DNA of 64,000 bases, taken from positions 1,804 to 65,803 of the forward strand of contig JAFQJA010000017.1 in NCBI GenBank assembly GCA_017397315.1, given 5' to 3'. The DNA is from Clostridia bacterium. GTDB taxonomy: Bacteria > Bacillota > Clostridia > Monoglobales > Firm-18. Position numbers and translations under genes: made by a program. The notes below the pieces were generated by a model. The model did not search any database, was not told the DNA's origin, and worked only from the letters and a program-made list of their open reading frames with translations. Positions 1 to 8,214 of the stretch are shown in pieces. How positions within the stretch are numbered: the first letter of the stretch is position 1; the number at the start of each line of letters is the position of its first letter.

Positions 1-7
1 AAGCGGA

Positions 8-322
8 GTGATTTTCCCTGATACATACTACAAAATACAGAATAATATCGGCTTAAATCTGAAAAATCAGGCTGAAAAGCTGAAAATTATCTATTTTGTA
101 CGCCCTGCACTTAAAACAGTCGATACAAACGACAATATCAGCAGTGAAAATGTTATGCTGCCTGTTGAATTTATCGACTTAGCAAAAGCAAAACTAAGGG
201 GCGAGGCCTACAAGGTAGCAAACGAGGACAGTATTGCTGCAAAGTGGCTTAATGATTATAATGTTTTGCTTGAAACTTTTAAGGCGTGGATTTCAGGAAA
301 ACAATCTGAATTTGGAATGTGA
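8..322 (+). CDS. Hypothetical phage protein (start uncertain; the frame is open to the window edge)
   Basis: 104-aa ORF ending 9 nt before the next gene in the same operon. No motif recognised. Confidence 0.4.
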   Translation: MIFPDTYYKIQNNIGLNLKNQAEKLKIIYFVRPALKTVDTNDNISSENVMLPVEFIDLAKAKLRGEAYKVANEDSIAAKWLNDYNVLLETFKAWISGKQSEFGM

Positions 323-331
323 GGTGTTTGT

Positions 332-1984
332 ATGGCTAAAAAGACAGAAAACAAACTCTCTTACTTACAAATGCCGTTACCTGATAGCAGAAAGCATTAT
401 AAAATGACAAAGCGTGCTTGGAATGGTCTTAATTACAGACAAACAATAGATACAGGTGCTTTGTCAATGGAAAACAACATATCAACGCTTGAAGCTCCGT
501 ACCTTACACCATCGCAGAAGCCTATCGAATTTACAGGCAATTATACAAATCCTATCAGTATGTTTGGATTTGATGATTTCCTGATAGTGATATACAGAAA
601 AAGCACATCAATTTATGTGGATTATATCACTGTTGACGAGTACGGCGATGCAGACAATATCTATACAGGTGTTCTGCAAGACGGCGGTGCAACAAGCGAG
701 GACGAATATCCACGATGCGTTGTTCAATTCAATGTGTATGACACGCCGACAGACCCGGTAAGTGGTCAGTTTATTAAAAAATTACTTATTTTTCCTGATA
801 AAAAGTCTATGGATTTTGAAATCACGGAAGATGATTTCGCCATAAGTGCTATGAGCGTACTCGTTAAAACATACACGAACGACACCGAAGAAGATGACGG
901 CACATATCCCCCTCCTGCTTCTGCAAGTCATAACTATTACTACAAAAACCTCTACAATGACGAGGTATATAAATGGGTTGATGATGAAAGCGACAGCGAA
1001 AATTCAGGGTGGAAAATCAGCGTACCCCCGGCTATGCCGGATATTAAATACGCTGCGGTGCATTTATCAAGGCTTTTCGGTGTTGATGATGACAGAGTTT
1101 ACGCAAGCGGCTATAACGATTACTCTAATTGGAATTTAGATACCATTGACGAATACAACGAAAGTAATGCGTGGTGCAGTCCTGCACAGTCAAACACAAA
1201 GGCCGGCGGCGTATTTACAGGGATTATTACATACCAAAGCCACATTGTATGCTTCAAGCGTGATTTTATGCACGAAATATACAATACAAAAAATCCGTTC
1301 AGGCTTCAGGACATTTATGCGGAGGGTACTATCGACCACAGGACAATACAAGATGTTGACGGCAAGTTGATATTTGTATCTGAGGACGATGTAAAGGTAT
1401 ATACAGGCTCTAACCCTCGCATTATCGGATATAACCTGAATATGAAACAGTATGAAAAAGCTGTGTCGGGAACGGATAACAGAAATTATTACCTCTACTG
1501 CGAAGATGCAGACGGCAACAGTCGGCTTTTTACTTACGATACCTATGTGGGCGAATGGTCCGAGCAGAGTGTATCATACGAGGTTATGAGCTTTGCACAT
1601 AACAAGAATGGTATGTATATGCTTTTGTCAGACGGTACTATATACAAAATGGATTCTGACGACTACAAGCATAGTTGGAGTTTTGAAACAGACCTTATCA
1701 CAAATGAAACTGTTGATATTAAGCATATCAAGAAAATACAGATGTTTGCTGATATAGCATCAGGTGCGAATATAAAGGCTTATATACTGTATGACGATGA
1801 GGAATTTGACGAAAGCTCATCGCACCTTGTATTTGAAAGCTCCGGCAGCGGTCAAAAGGCTATCCGTGTAAAACCAAGACAGACCGCAGGTTATGGTATA
1901 AAGTTGCACATTGAGGGTTACGGCTATGTAAAACTCTATGAATTAGAGTTATTTATGGAGCAAGGCGGTGATTTGTATGCGTGA
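332..1984 (+). CDS. Phage structural protein in the tail/baseplate region, function unassigned
   Basis: 550-aa ORF with an SD-like 'gaggtg' upstream of the ATG. It overlaps the next gene. The call rests on its position upstream of the tail-fibre genes. No catalytic motif seen. Confidence 0.6.
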   Translation: MAKKTENKLSYLQMPLPDSRKHYKMTKRAWNGLNYRQTIDTGALSMENNISTLEAPYLTPSQKPIEFTGNYTNPISMFGFDDFLIVIYRKSTSIYVDYITVDEYGDADNIYTGVLQDGGATSEDEYPRCVVQFNVYDTPTDPVSGQFIKKLLIFPDKKSMDFEITEDDFAISAMSVLVKTYTNDTEEDDGTYPPPASASHNYYYKNLYNDEVYKWVDDESDSENSGWKISVPPAMPDIKYAAVHLSRLFGVDDDRVYASGYNDYSNWNLDTIDEYNESNAWCSPAQSNTKAGGVFTGIITYQSHIVCFKRDFMHEIYNTKNPFRLQDIYAEGTIDHRTIQDVDGKLIFVSEDDVKVYTGSNPRIIGYNLNMKQYEKAVSGTDNRNYYLYCEDADGNSRLFTYDTYVGEWSEQSVSYEVMSFAHNKNGMYMLLSDGTIYKMDSDDYKHSWSFETDLITNETVDIKHIKKIQMFADIASGANIKAYILYDDEEFDESSSHLVFESSGSGQKAIRVKPRQTAGYGIKLHIEGYGYVKLYELELFMEQGGDLYA

Positions 1985-3161
1985 AGAAAACATTGAAAAG
2001 ATGAATTTCAAGGAGCTTCGGGCAGAGGTTCAGTTGCTTCGTGATGAGCTTGCTATTTTTAAGCGTAAATACGAAGATGCGATATACAACCTTGACAGTG
2101 ATAATTTCGGTAAGAGCTTCACTGTTGAGCAAAACAATATGAAAGCTCAAATCAAGATTTCCGCAGAAGCTATTAAAACAATGGTATCAAAAACAGACCT
2201 TGCGACATCGTTAGAAAAATATTCTACCATAGCTCAAACGGCTGATGCGATACAGTCTGTTGTTTCAAAAGGTGCTAATCTTGACGAAGCAATTACAATA
2301 GGTTCTCTTGCAGAAGCAACGGACATTGAAAAGATTTATAAAATCGAAAATGTCAACACCGTAGTAGATGATTTAGGCAACGCAAGAGATGTTGTAATCG
2401 GCGAAACATACTACTACTACAACAATTTAACAAAGACTTGGGAAGTGTTGAGTGGTGAAAACATCTACACAATGTTTACGCAGACCGCAGAGGGCTTTGT
2501 TCTTAAAGGAAACACTATTATTGACGGAACTACAACAATAACAAGAAATCTTGTTTTAAGCGGTAATGTTACTTGGGATATGGAAAATTCCCCCGTGCAA
2601 ACGCAGTATTCTGCCGATAATGCCTCTTGGCACTCACCTATGGCAAGCGGCGATATGTATATGAGAATGAGCTTTGACGGCGGCAAAACTTGGAGTACAT
2701 CTACAAAGGTTGTAGGAACAGACGGCAAAAACGGTACTAACGGCTCAAATGCTTCTGTTACACCGCAAGCCGTATTTAATGCACTTACCGATAGCGGAGC
2801 GAATCAAGGCATATTTGCCGCCTTTGTTGAAAACGATGAACAGATATACATAAACGCTGAATTTGTGCAGGCAGGTATATTAAGCGGTATGACCTTGCAG
2901 AACACCGCAGGAACGCACAAACTGCAAATGTCGTCAAGCAGCGGTTCAGACTACGGAACATTCAGACTATACAACGCCAACTACGGTTCTGTTCCCTATT
3001 TCAGCATATACGACAGCACATTGGGTAAGGTTAACTTACTTGCAGCAGGTCTTACCTTTTTGGAAACTTCCGTATCAGGAAGCGTAATAACAGTAACGCC
3101 GCAAGGCACTTGGGATTTTTCAAGTGCAGATGTTGCCGGAATAACGGCGGTGTGGGCATAA
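1977..3161 (+). CDS. Tail fibre / minor structural protein (N-terminal coiled coil, C-terminal beta-rich domain)
   Basis: Heptad-like N-terminus (FKELRAEVQLLRDELAIFKRKYEDAIYNL). The segment 'YSADNASWHSPMASGDMYMRMSFDGGKTWSTSTKVVGTDGKNGTNG' is typical of Gram-positive phage fibre / host-specificity proteins. The start could be GTG 1968, ATG 1977 or ATG 2001. Confidence 0.6.
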   Translation: MREENIEKMNFKELRAEVQLLRDELAIFKRKYEDAIYNLDSDNFGKSFTVEQNNMKAQIKISAEAIKTMVSKTDLATSLEKYSTIAQTADAIQSVVSKGANLDEAITIGSLAEATDIEKIYKIENVNTVVDDLGNARDVVIGETYYYYNNLTKTWEVLSGENIYTMFTQTAEGFVLKGNTIIDGTTTITRNLVLSGNVTWDMENSPVQTQYSADNASWHSPMASGDMYMRMSFDGGKTWSTSTKVVGTDGKNGTNGSNASVTPQAVFNALTDSGANQGIFAAFVENDEQIYINAEFVQAGILSGMTLQNTAGTHKLQMSSSSGSDYGTFRLYNANYGSVPYFSIYDSTLGKVNLLAAGLTFLETSVSGSVITVTPQGTWDFSSADVAGITAVWA

Positions 3162-3173
3162 AGGAGTGAAACT

Positions 3174-4340
3174 ATGTTACCTATAACAGCAGCAATGCTT
3201 TCAGTAACACACAAGTGCAATCTTGCGTGTAAATATTGCTTTGTGAATCAGTGTCCCGAAGATATGACCTTTGACACTGCAAAAAAGGCGGCAGATTGGC
3301 TTGCTGCCAACGCAAACTACCCCGACAATATCCCCGAAATAAACTTTTTCGGTGGCGAACCTTTACTGAGGTGGGACGATGTTGTTAAACCTTTGATTTC
3401 ATATATCCGATGCACATACCGTTATCCATATAAGCTGTCAATGACTACAAACGGCGTTTTGCTTACTGAAGATAAGCTACGATACCTGAAGAAAATGGAT
3501 GTCGGTATTCTCATAAGCATTGACGGAAGCAAAGAAACGCAGGACTACAACAGACCATTTCACAACGGAAACGGCAGCTTTGATGTGATAGAACCGAATA
3601 TACTCACAGCGATTGAGCTTTATCCGGCACTTGTTTTTCGTATGACACTTATTCCCGATACCTGCCATAACTTTATGAGCAATGTAATGTATGCACAGTC
3701 TATCGGGTACAATCGTGTATTTGCAATGCCTAATGTCTTTGAAGAATGGACGGAAGAAAAAAGAGAGGTTATGCGAAAGCAGTTGCGTATTTACTCCGAA
3801 TACTACATTGCATCGTATAAAAAGGGCGTTATACCGATAGATTTCAACCCTCTTGAAAACGCATTTAAGGACATTCTTTTGATAAATCAGGCAATAGACA
3901 GCGAACAGTACAGGACAAATGCAAGGTGTAAAGCGTGTAATCAATGCGGAATAGGTGCAACAAAATTTGCGGCTATTGACCCTCTCGGCGATATATACAG
4001 TTGTCAGGAGCTTACAAGCACGATGAACAGAGATAGTATTTTCTATATCGGAAATCTGACGGACGGCATTTATGAGGAACGCAGAGAAGCATTGACCTCT
4101 TTGTATAATGCTATCGCTGTATCGGGTGCAAACTGTGCAGAGTGTAAGTACGATGTAATCTGCGATGGCGGCTGTGCCGCTAACAACTACCTTGTAAACG
4201 GCGATATAAATAAAATTCCCGAGGTTTTCTGTTGGTGGCGGCAGATATTGCTTGATGAAGCTATTTATGTTGCAACTGTTTTGGGCGAAGCCGAGTGTTT
4301 CCGTTTCAAAAAGCATTGGGAGGTAATATGTAATGGATAG
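3174..4340 (+). CDS. Radical SAM / SPASM-domain maturase (anSME / peptide-maturase-like)
   Basis: SD 'aaaggagtg' precedes the ATG. CNLACKYC forms the CX3CX2C triad (nt 3216-3239). FFGGEPLL is present. The C-terminal SPASM pattern is GDIYSC ... CAECKYDVICDGGC (nt 4134-4175). Confidence 0.9.
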   Translation: MLPITAAMLSVTHKCNLACKYCFVNQCPEDMTFDTAKKAADWLAANANYPDNIPEINFFGGEPLLRWDDVVKPLISYIRCTYRYPYKLSMTTNGVLLTEDKLRYLKKMDVGILISIDGSKETQDYNRPFHNGNGSFDVIEPNILTAIELYPALVFRMTLIPDTCHNFMSNVMYAQSIGYNRVFAMPNVFEEWTEEKREVMRKQLRIYSEYYIASYKKGVIPIDFNPLENAFKDILLINQAIDSEQYRTNARCKACNQCGIGATKFAAIDPLGDIYSCQELTSTMNRDSIFYIGNLTDGIYEERREALTSLYNAIAVSGANCAECKYDVICDGGCAANNYLVNGDINKIPEVFCWWRQILLDEAIYVATVLGEAECFRFKKHWEVICNG

Positions 4341-4917
4341 AATAGAACTTCCCGAATTTCTTGGGTACGATTTAGATACCGGAATACAGCTTTTTGCATC
4401 TTGTACTTGCCAATCCAACACTTGTGAATGGGAATATCAAGGATGCGATGCCTGTTTATATAACTGTCAGACGAGTTGCGAAACAGGGTGTCAGTCGTGC
4501 TATACCTCGCAAGGTTGCAGCAGTGCTTGTCAGCGTGGAATATGTCAAACATCTTGTCAGTCGGTATGTCAGGACGGTTGTCAAAGTGCTTGTATGTACG
4601 GCGAAAACTGTTCAAGCAACTGTTTATATTACAGTCAGGCAGGAGATAGCTTTGCTTGGACTACTCCTATTGAGCAGGGAGAACCTATGCTGCTATACAG
4701 CGGTATGTCAGCTCCCGTAACTGCGACAGAGTGGAATATGCTTGTGGGGTATGTAAACCGATTATGCAGTAAAAGCATTTCATCTGTCATAAGAGGTTAT
4801 CCTGTAACGGAAGAACAGGTTACAGAGGTTGCTAACGCCCTCGGCGTATCTGTTCCGAAGAAGATAACCGCAGCGTTTTTTATAGCGTTGGAAGCTGCTG
4901 TCAACGCTTTATTATAA
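4333..4917 (+). CDS. Cysteine-ladder protein (18 Cys in residues 24-97), candidate substrate or partner of the adjacent rSAM enzyme
   Basis: The ATG overlaps the rSAM stop by 8 nt. Repeated CQ[ST]xC / CxxxC units fill nt 4402-4623. A ~95-aa Cys-poor C-terminal domain follows. Confidence 0.75.
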   Translation: MDRIELPEFLGYDLDTGIQLFASCTCQSNTCEWEYQGCDACLYNCQTSCETGCQSCYTSQGCSSACQRGICQTSCQSVCQDGCQSACMYGENCSSNCLYYSQAGDSFAWTTPIEQGEPMLLYSGMSAPVTATEWNMLVGYVNRLCSKSISSVIRGYPVTEEQVTEVANALGVSVPKKITAAFFIALEAAVNALL

Positions 4918-4951
4918 AAAAAATAATCAAATACAAGGAGCTGATTTCTTA

Positions 4952-5254
4952 ATGAAAGTAAAATTCAACGCAAAAGAGCCACGGACTTTTCAGTGTGATG
5001 AACCGCTTGAACTGAAAACATTTTCAGACGGCAAGGCTGCCGGGTGGCTTCTCACATTTCACATTGTTGCTGAAAGTCTGACGGCCAGTGAGCTTGACAC
5101 ACTGCTCACACCTGAAACAACTTCCGTTATAGTGTTTACAACGGAAAAAGGCAAGGAAAAGACTGTTACCGGGTACACCTCGGTACGAAGCTGTTCCGTC
5201 AAGCACGGCGAGAACAATAATATAGCAGAGATACAACTGTCGAAAGGAGTGTAA
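4952..5254 (+). CDS. Hypothetical phage protein
   Basis: 100-aa ORF with SD 'aaggag' 8 nt upstream, inside the same operon. No motif recognised. Confidence 0.55.
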   Translation: MKVKFNAKEPRTFQCDEPLELKTFSDGKAAGWLLTFHIVAESLTASELDTLLTPETTSVIVFTTEKGKEKTVTGYTSVRSCSVKHGENNNIAEIQLSKGV

Positions 5255-5260
5255 TCGGTA

Positions 5261-5566
5261 ATGGATAAGTTTGAAAGAGTAACAAACGGCTTTAATTTCG
5301 TGTACGAAAAGGAGCTTGCGGCAAATGAAACTGTTATTGTGGATATGCCGTCTGTTTCCCCTAACAAAAGGGGCGTAAATGACATCGGGTGGCAGACTGA
5401 CGGTGATATTACGCTTTATGGAACACTGTCAAAAGACCCCGAAAGCGATACGGCTCTTTGGCAGGAAATCAAAGAGAGTGATGAGATAAACAAAACTGTT
5501 TCCGCTATTAAGATTGTAAATAGCGGTGCTGCTTGCAAAGTTGCAATCAGAGTAATTATGTGTTAG
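5261..5566 (+). CDS. Hypothetical phage protein
   Basis: 101-aa ORF starting 6 nt after the previous stop. No motif recognised. It does not look like a helical Avd. Confidence 0.55.
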   Translation: MDKFERVTNGFNFVYEKELAANETVIVDMPSVSPNKRGVNDIGWQTDGDITLYGTLSKDPESDTALWQEIKESDEINKTVSAIKIVNSGAACKVAIRVIMC

Positions 5567-5579
5567 GCGGTGATTCAGA

Positions 5580-6788
5580 ATGAAAGGTAATGTTTCAAAA
5601 GCAAAGGGCGGCGGTGGCGGCGGTGGTGTTACTGTCGCTGACGGAAAAGTATATGCTATGGATGGTTCAAGAAAAATTGAATTAGTACAGGCATATCAGA
5701 CCTACGGCGTTTCGATTGACCTGTCAAACAGCAATCCTGAAACTGCGGTTACATATACCGATGATGCAGTCGGTATGGTTGCAGGTTCGCCCGATTGGTA
5801 CAAAATGAGTATTTTCAACAAAATCAAGCCTTGTCTGTTTAAGAATGGTGCTGTTGTAGGTTATCTCAACCCTGACAACTTTGCACAGTTTGCAGACGGC
5901 ACGGCAGCGGATATTACTTCCGGGAACAGTGGCGATGTAATGATTGAAATTCCGAAAACAGGATATAAAATCTCAAAAAGCGGCACTACCCTTACTGTGC
6001 AGATTACGGACGACCCGAACAAAAAAGGCTTTTCGTACAAAGCACACACAAGAACAGAGGACGGCGACAGAGAAAAACTGTATATCGGTGCTTTCTTGGG
6101 TAGCAACAAAGATAACAAGCTCCGTTCTGTTTCAGGTGTTTTACCCCTTAATGTAACCACACTAACTGATTTTAGAACCTATGCAAAGGCAAATGGTGCA
6201 GGTTACGACCTCTTTGCGTTCTATCCTATGACACTTTTGCAGTGCTTGTACCTGATTATGTATAAAAACCTCGATTCACAGACAGCACTCGGACAGGGTT
6301 ATGTCGGTGATATGGATTGGGCGTACGGTGCGAAAAACACAGGTGCAACCATTGACAAAGGTATGAGCTACGGCACATCAGACCAAATGGAACAGATGAA
6401 ATTCCTCGGTATTGAGGACTTTTGGGGCAATCTGTATCAGTGGATTGACGGTCTTGTTTCAACAAGTGATTATCACGCTTTGGTGGCAACAGACAATTTC
6501 AATGATACAGGTGAAAATTACACCGATTTAGGTGCGTTATCTACAAAATACATCGGTGGATATATGAAAGAACCGCAGGGAAACAACGATGCAGGTTTTA
6601 TTATCGGCACAGGTGGTGGTTCATCTTCTACCTACTTCTCGGATTGTGCGGATTTCTGTGGCGGCTGTGTGCCTGTCTTTGGCGGCTGTTTCGATGACGG
6701 TGCGATTGCGGGTGCTTTTCGGCTGTATGTCGATTGTATTCCCGACTCTGCCGGTGACGTTGTCGGCGGCCGCTTGATGTTCTTGTAG
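5580..6788 (+). CDS. DGR target protein: tail fibre / receptor-binding protein with a C-terminal variable region (C-type-lectin/FGE-like fold expected)
   Basis: The 402-aa ORF carries the VR repeat in its last ~45 codons. 'GIEDFWGNLYQWIDG' resembles the GNVWEW-type motif of FGE/CLec-fold DGR targets. The VR codons correspond to AAT/TAT/GAC-type TR codons. Confidence 0.85.
   Translation: MKGNVSKAKGGGGGGGVTVADGKVYAMDGSRKIELVQAYQTYGVSIDLSNSNPETAVTYTDDAVGMVAGSPDWYKMSIFNKIKPCLFKNGAVVGYLNPDNFAQFADGTAADITSGNSGDVMIEIPKTGYKISKSGTTLTVQITDDPNKKGFSYKAHTRTEDGDREKLYIGAFLGSNKDNKLRSVSGVLPLNVTTLTDFRTYAKANGAGYDLFAFYPMTLLQCLYLIMYKNLDSQTALGQGYVGDMDWAYGAKNTGATIDKGMSYGTSDQMEQMKFLGIEDFWGNLYQWIDGLVSTSDYHALVATDNFNDTGENYTDLGALSTKYIGGYMKEPQGNNDAGFIIGTGGGSSSTYFSDCADFCGGCVPVFGGCFDDGAIAGAFRLYVDCIPDSAGDVVGGRLMFL
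6641..6774 (+). repeat. DGR variable region (VR), at the 3' end of the target gene
   Basis: 134-nt alignment to 6893-7026. There are 24 mismatches, each opposite a TR adenine, and no other mismatch. Homology decays after the shared GGCGGCC (IMH-like end). Confidence 0.92.
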
Positions 6789-6892
6789 GTCGCTACAACG
6801 ACATAAATACTCACAGGCAATTACAGAACGGTTGATACTACGATTCAGTATTATAAAAGAATTAAGAACCTTTTGGCTTCTTGGCTCTTTTG

Positions 6893-7026
6893 GGATTATG
6901 CGAATTTCTATGACGGCTATGTGCCTGTCTTTGGCGGCTATTTCAATGACAGTGCGAATGCAGGTGCTTTTCAACTGAATGTCAATTATAATCCCGACAA
7001 TACCGATGACAATATCGGCGGCCACT
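6893..7026 (+). repeat. DGR template region (TR)
   Basis: Non-coding copy of the VR. It has 34 adenines (hand count), and 24 of them are substituted in the VR. It is rich in AAT/TAT codon equivalents and lies 130 nt upstream of the RT gene. Confidence 0.92.
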
Positions 7027-7155
7027 CAATGTTTTATTTTGGAATATAACTGTAATTGCCTTGCCTCTTGGCAAAACATAAAAAGGTTCACACCGTGTTA
7101 GTAGCTTAACTGTCGAAAGCTCGGTAAAACAAACATCAAAAAGTAGGTGTAGTTA

Positions 7156-8214
7156 GTGAAAAGATACGGAAATTTATACGATAAAATCTGCGATATGGAT
7201 AATCTTCGTCTTGCACATAAGAACGCAAGAAAAGATAAATCCCACTATAAGGCGGTACAAATGGTTGACAGCAACCCTGATTATTACCTTTCTCAAATTC
7301 GGGAAATGCTGTTAAATAAAACCTATAATGTCAGTCCCTATACATATCGCAAAATTATGGATAAGGGCAAAGAAAGAGAGCTTGCAAAGCTCCCATACTT
7401 CCCTGACAGAATAATACAATGGGCGATTCTTTTACAGATAGAGCCTATATTCAGAAAAGTATTTACAAACTTTACCTGTGCATCGCTTAAAAAGCGTGGC
7501 ATACACAAAGCATCGAGATTAACAGACAAATATATGGAAGATAGACCGGGAACGGCTTATTGCCTGAAAATTGATGTCAACAAATTCTATCCTAACATCA
7601 ATCACGAGATATTAAAAACGATGCTGCGGAAAAAGTTTAAGGACAATGATTTACTTGAATTATTAGACAAAATCATTGACAGTATGCCCGGTGAAAAGGG
7701 TGTTCCGATTGGCTCTTACCTCTCTCAATACCTTGCAAATTTCTACTTGGCATATTTCGACCATTGGTTGAAAGAAATTAAGCGTGTAAAGTATATTGTC
7801 CGATATATGGACGATATAACGATTTATAATGAATCTAAAGAGTTTTTGCACGCCCTGCTCCGTGATATGGAAGAATACCTGCAAAACAACTTGAAATTGT
7901 CTGTAAAAGATAATTGGCAGGTGTTTCCGACAGACATCAGGGGCGTTGACTTTGTAGGTTATAGACATTTCTACGGATATAAGCTCCTGCGGAAATCCAC
8001 CTGCAAAAACTTTAAGCGAAAAATGCTTAACATAAAGAAGAAAATCCAAAAAGGTCTTAACATCTCATACAGTGAGTGGTGTTCAGCCAATTCATATAAA
8101 GGTTGGTTGACTTGGTGTGACGGCTTCAGGCTAATGCAAAAGTACATCGCACCACTCCAACCAACACTTGAAAAGTATTATCAAGAAAATATAAAGCGAA
8201 AGGCGGCGGTTTAA
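7156..8214 (+). CDS. DGR reverse transcriptase
   Basis: GTG start preceded by 'aggtg'. The RT finger/palm motifs include the DGR-typical 'IGSYLSQ' (nt 7708-7728) and the catalytic 'YMDD' (nt 7804-7815). Confidence 0.9.
   Translation: MKRYGNLYDKICDMDNLRLAHKNARKDKSHYKAVQMVDSNPDYYLSQIREMLLNKTYNVSPYTYRKIMDKGKERELAKLPYFPDRIIQWAILLQIEPIFRKVFTNFTCASLKKRGIHKASRLTDKYMEDRPGTAYCLKIDVNKFYPNINHEILKTMLRKKFKDNDLLELLDKIIDSMPGEKGVPIGSYLSQYLANFYLAYFDHWLKEIKRVKYIVRYMDDITIYNESKEFLHALLRDMEEYLQNNLKLSVKDNWQVFPTDIRGVDFVGYRHFYGYKLLRKSTCKNFKRKMLNIKKKIQKGLNISYSEWCSANSYKGWLTWCDGFRLMQKYIAPLQPTLEKYYQENIKRKAAV

Larger units (their letters stand above)
5580..8214 (+). mobile_element. Diversity-generating retroelement cassette (target/VR - TR - RT), no recognisable avd
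   Basis: A VR/TR pair with adenine-only mismatches, plus an RT carrying IGSYLSQ and YMDD, all on one strand in canonical order. Confidence 0.9.

Noticed and set aside
3477-4421. 314-aa ORF antisense to the radical SAM gene
   Set aside because: Its translation is Cys/Arg/Phe/Tyr-rich with no motif and no SD. The sense strand carries unambiguous rSAM/SPASM motifs and operon-consistent junctions. It is a typical shadow ORF.
6621-7025. 134-aa antisense ORF spanning VR and TR with an internally repeated peptide
   Set aside because: The internal repeat is simply the VR/TR DNA repeat read on the opposite strand. The + strand interpretation (target-gene 3' end plus non-coding TR) explains everything.
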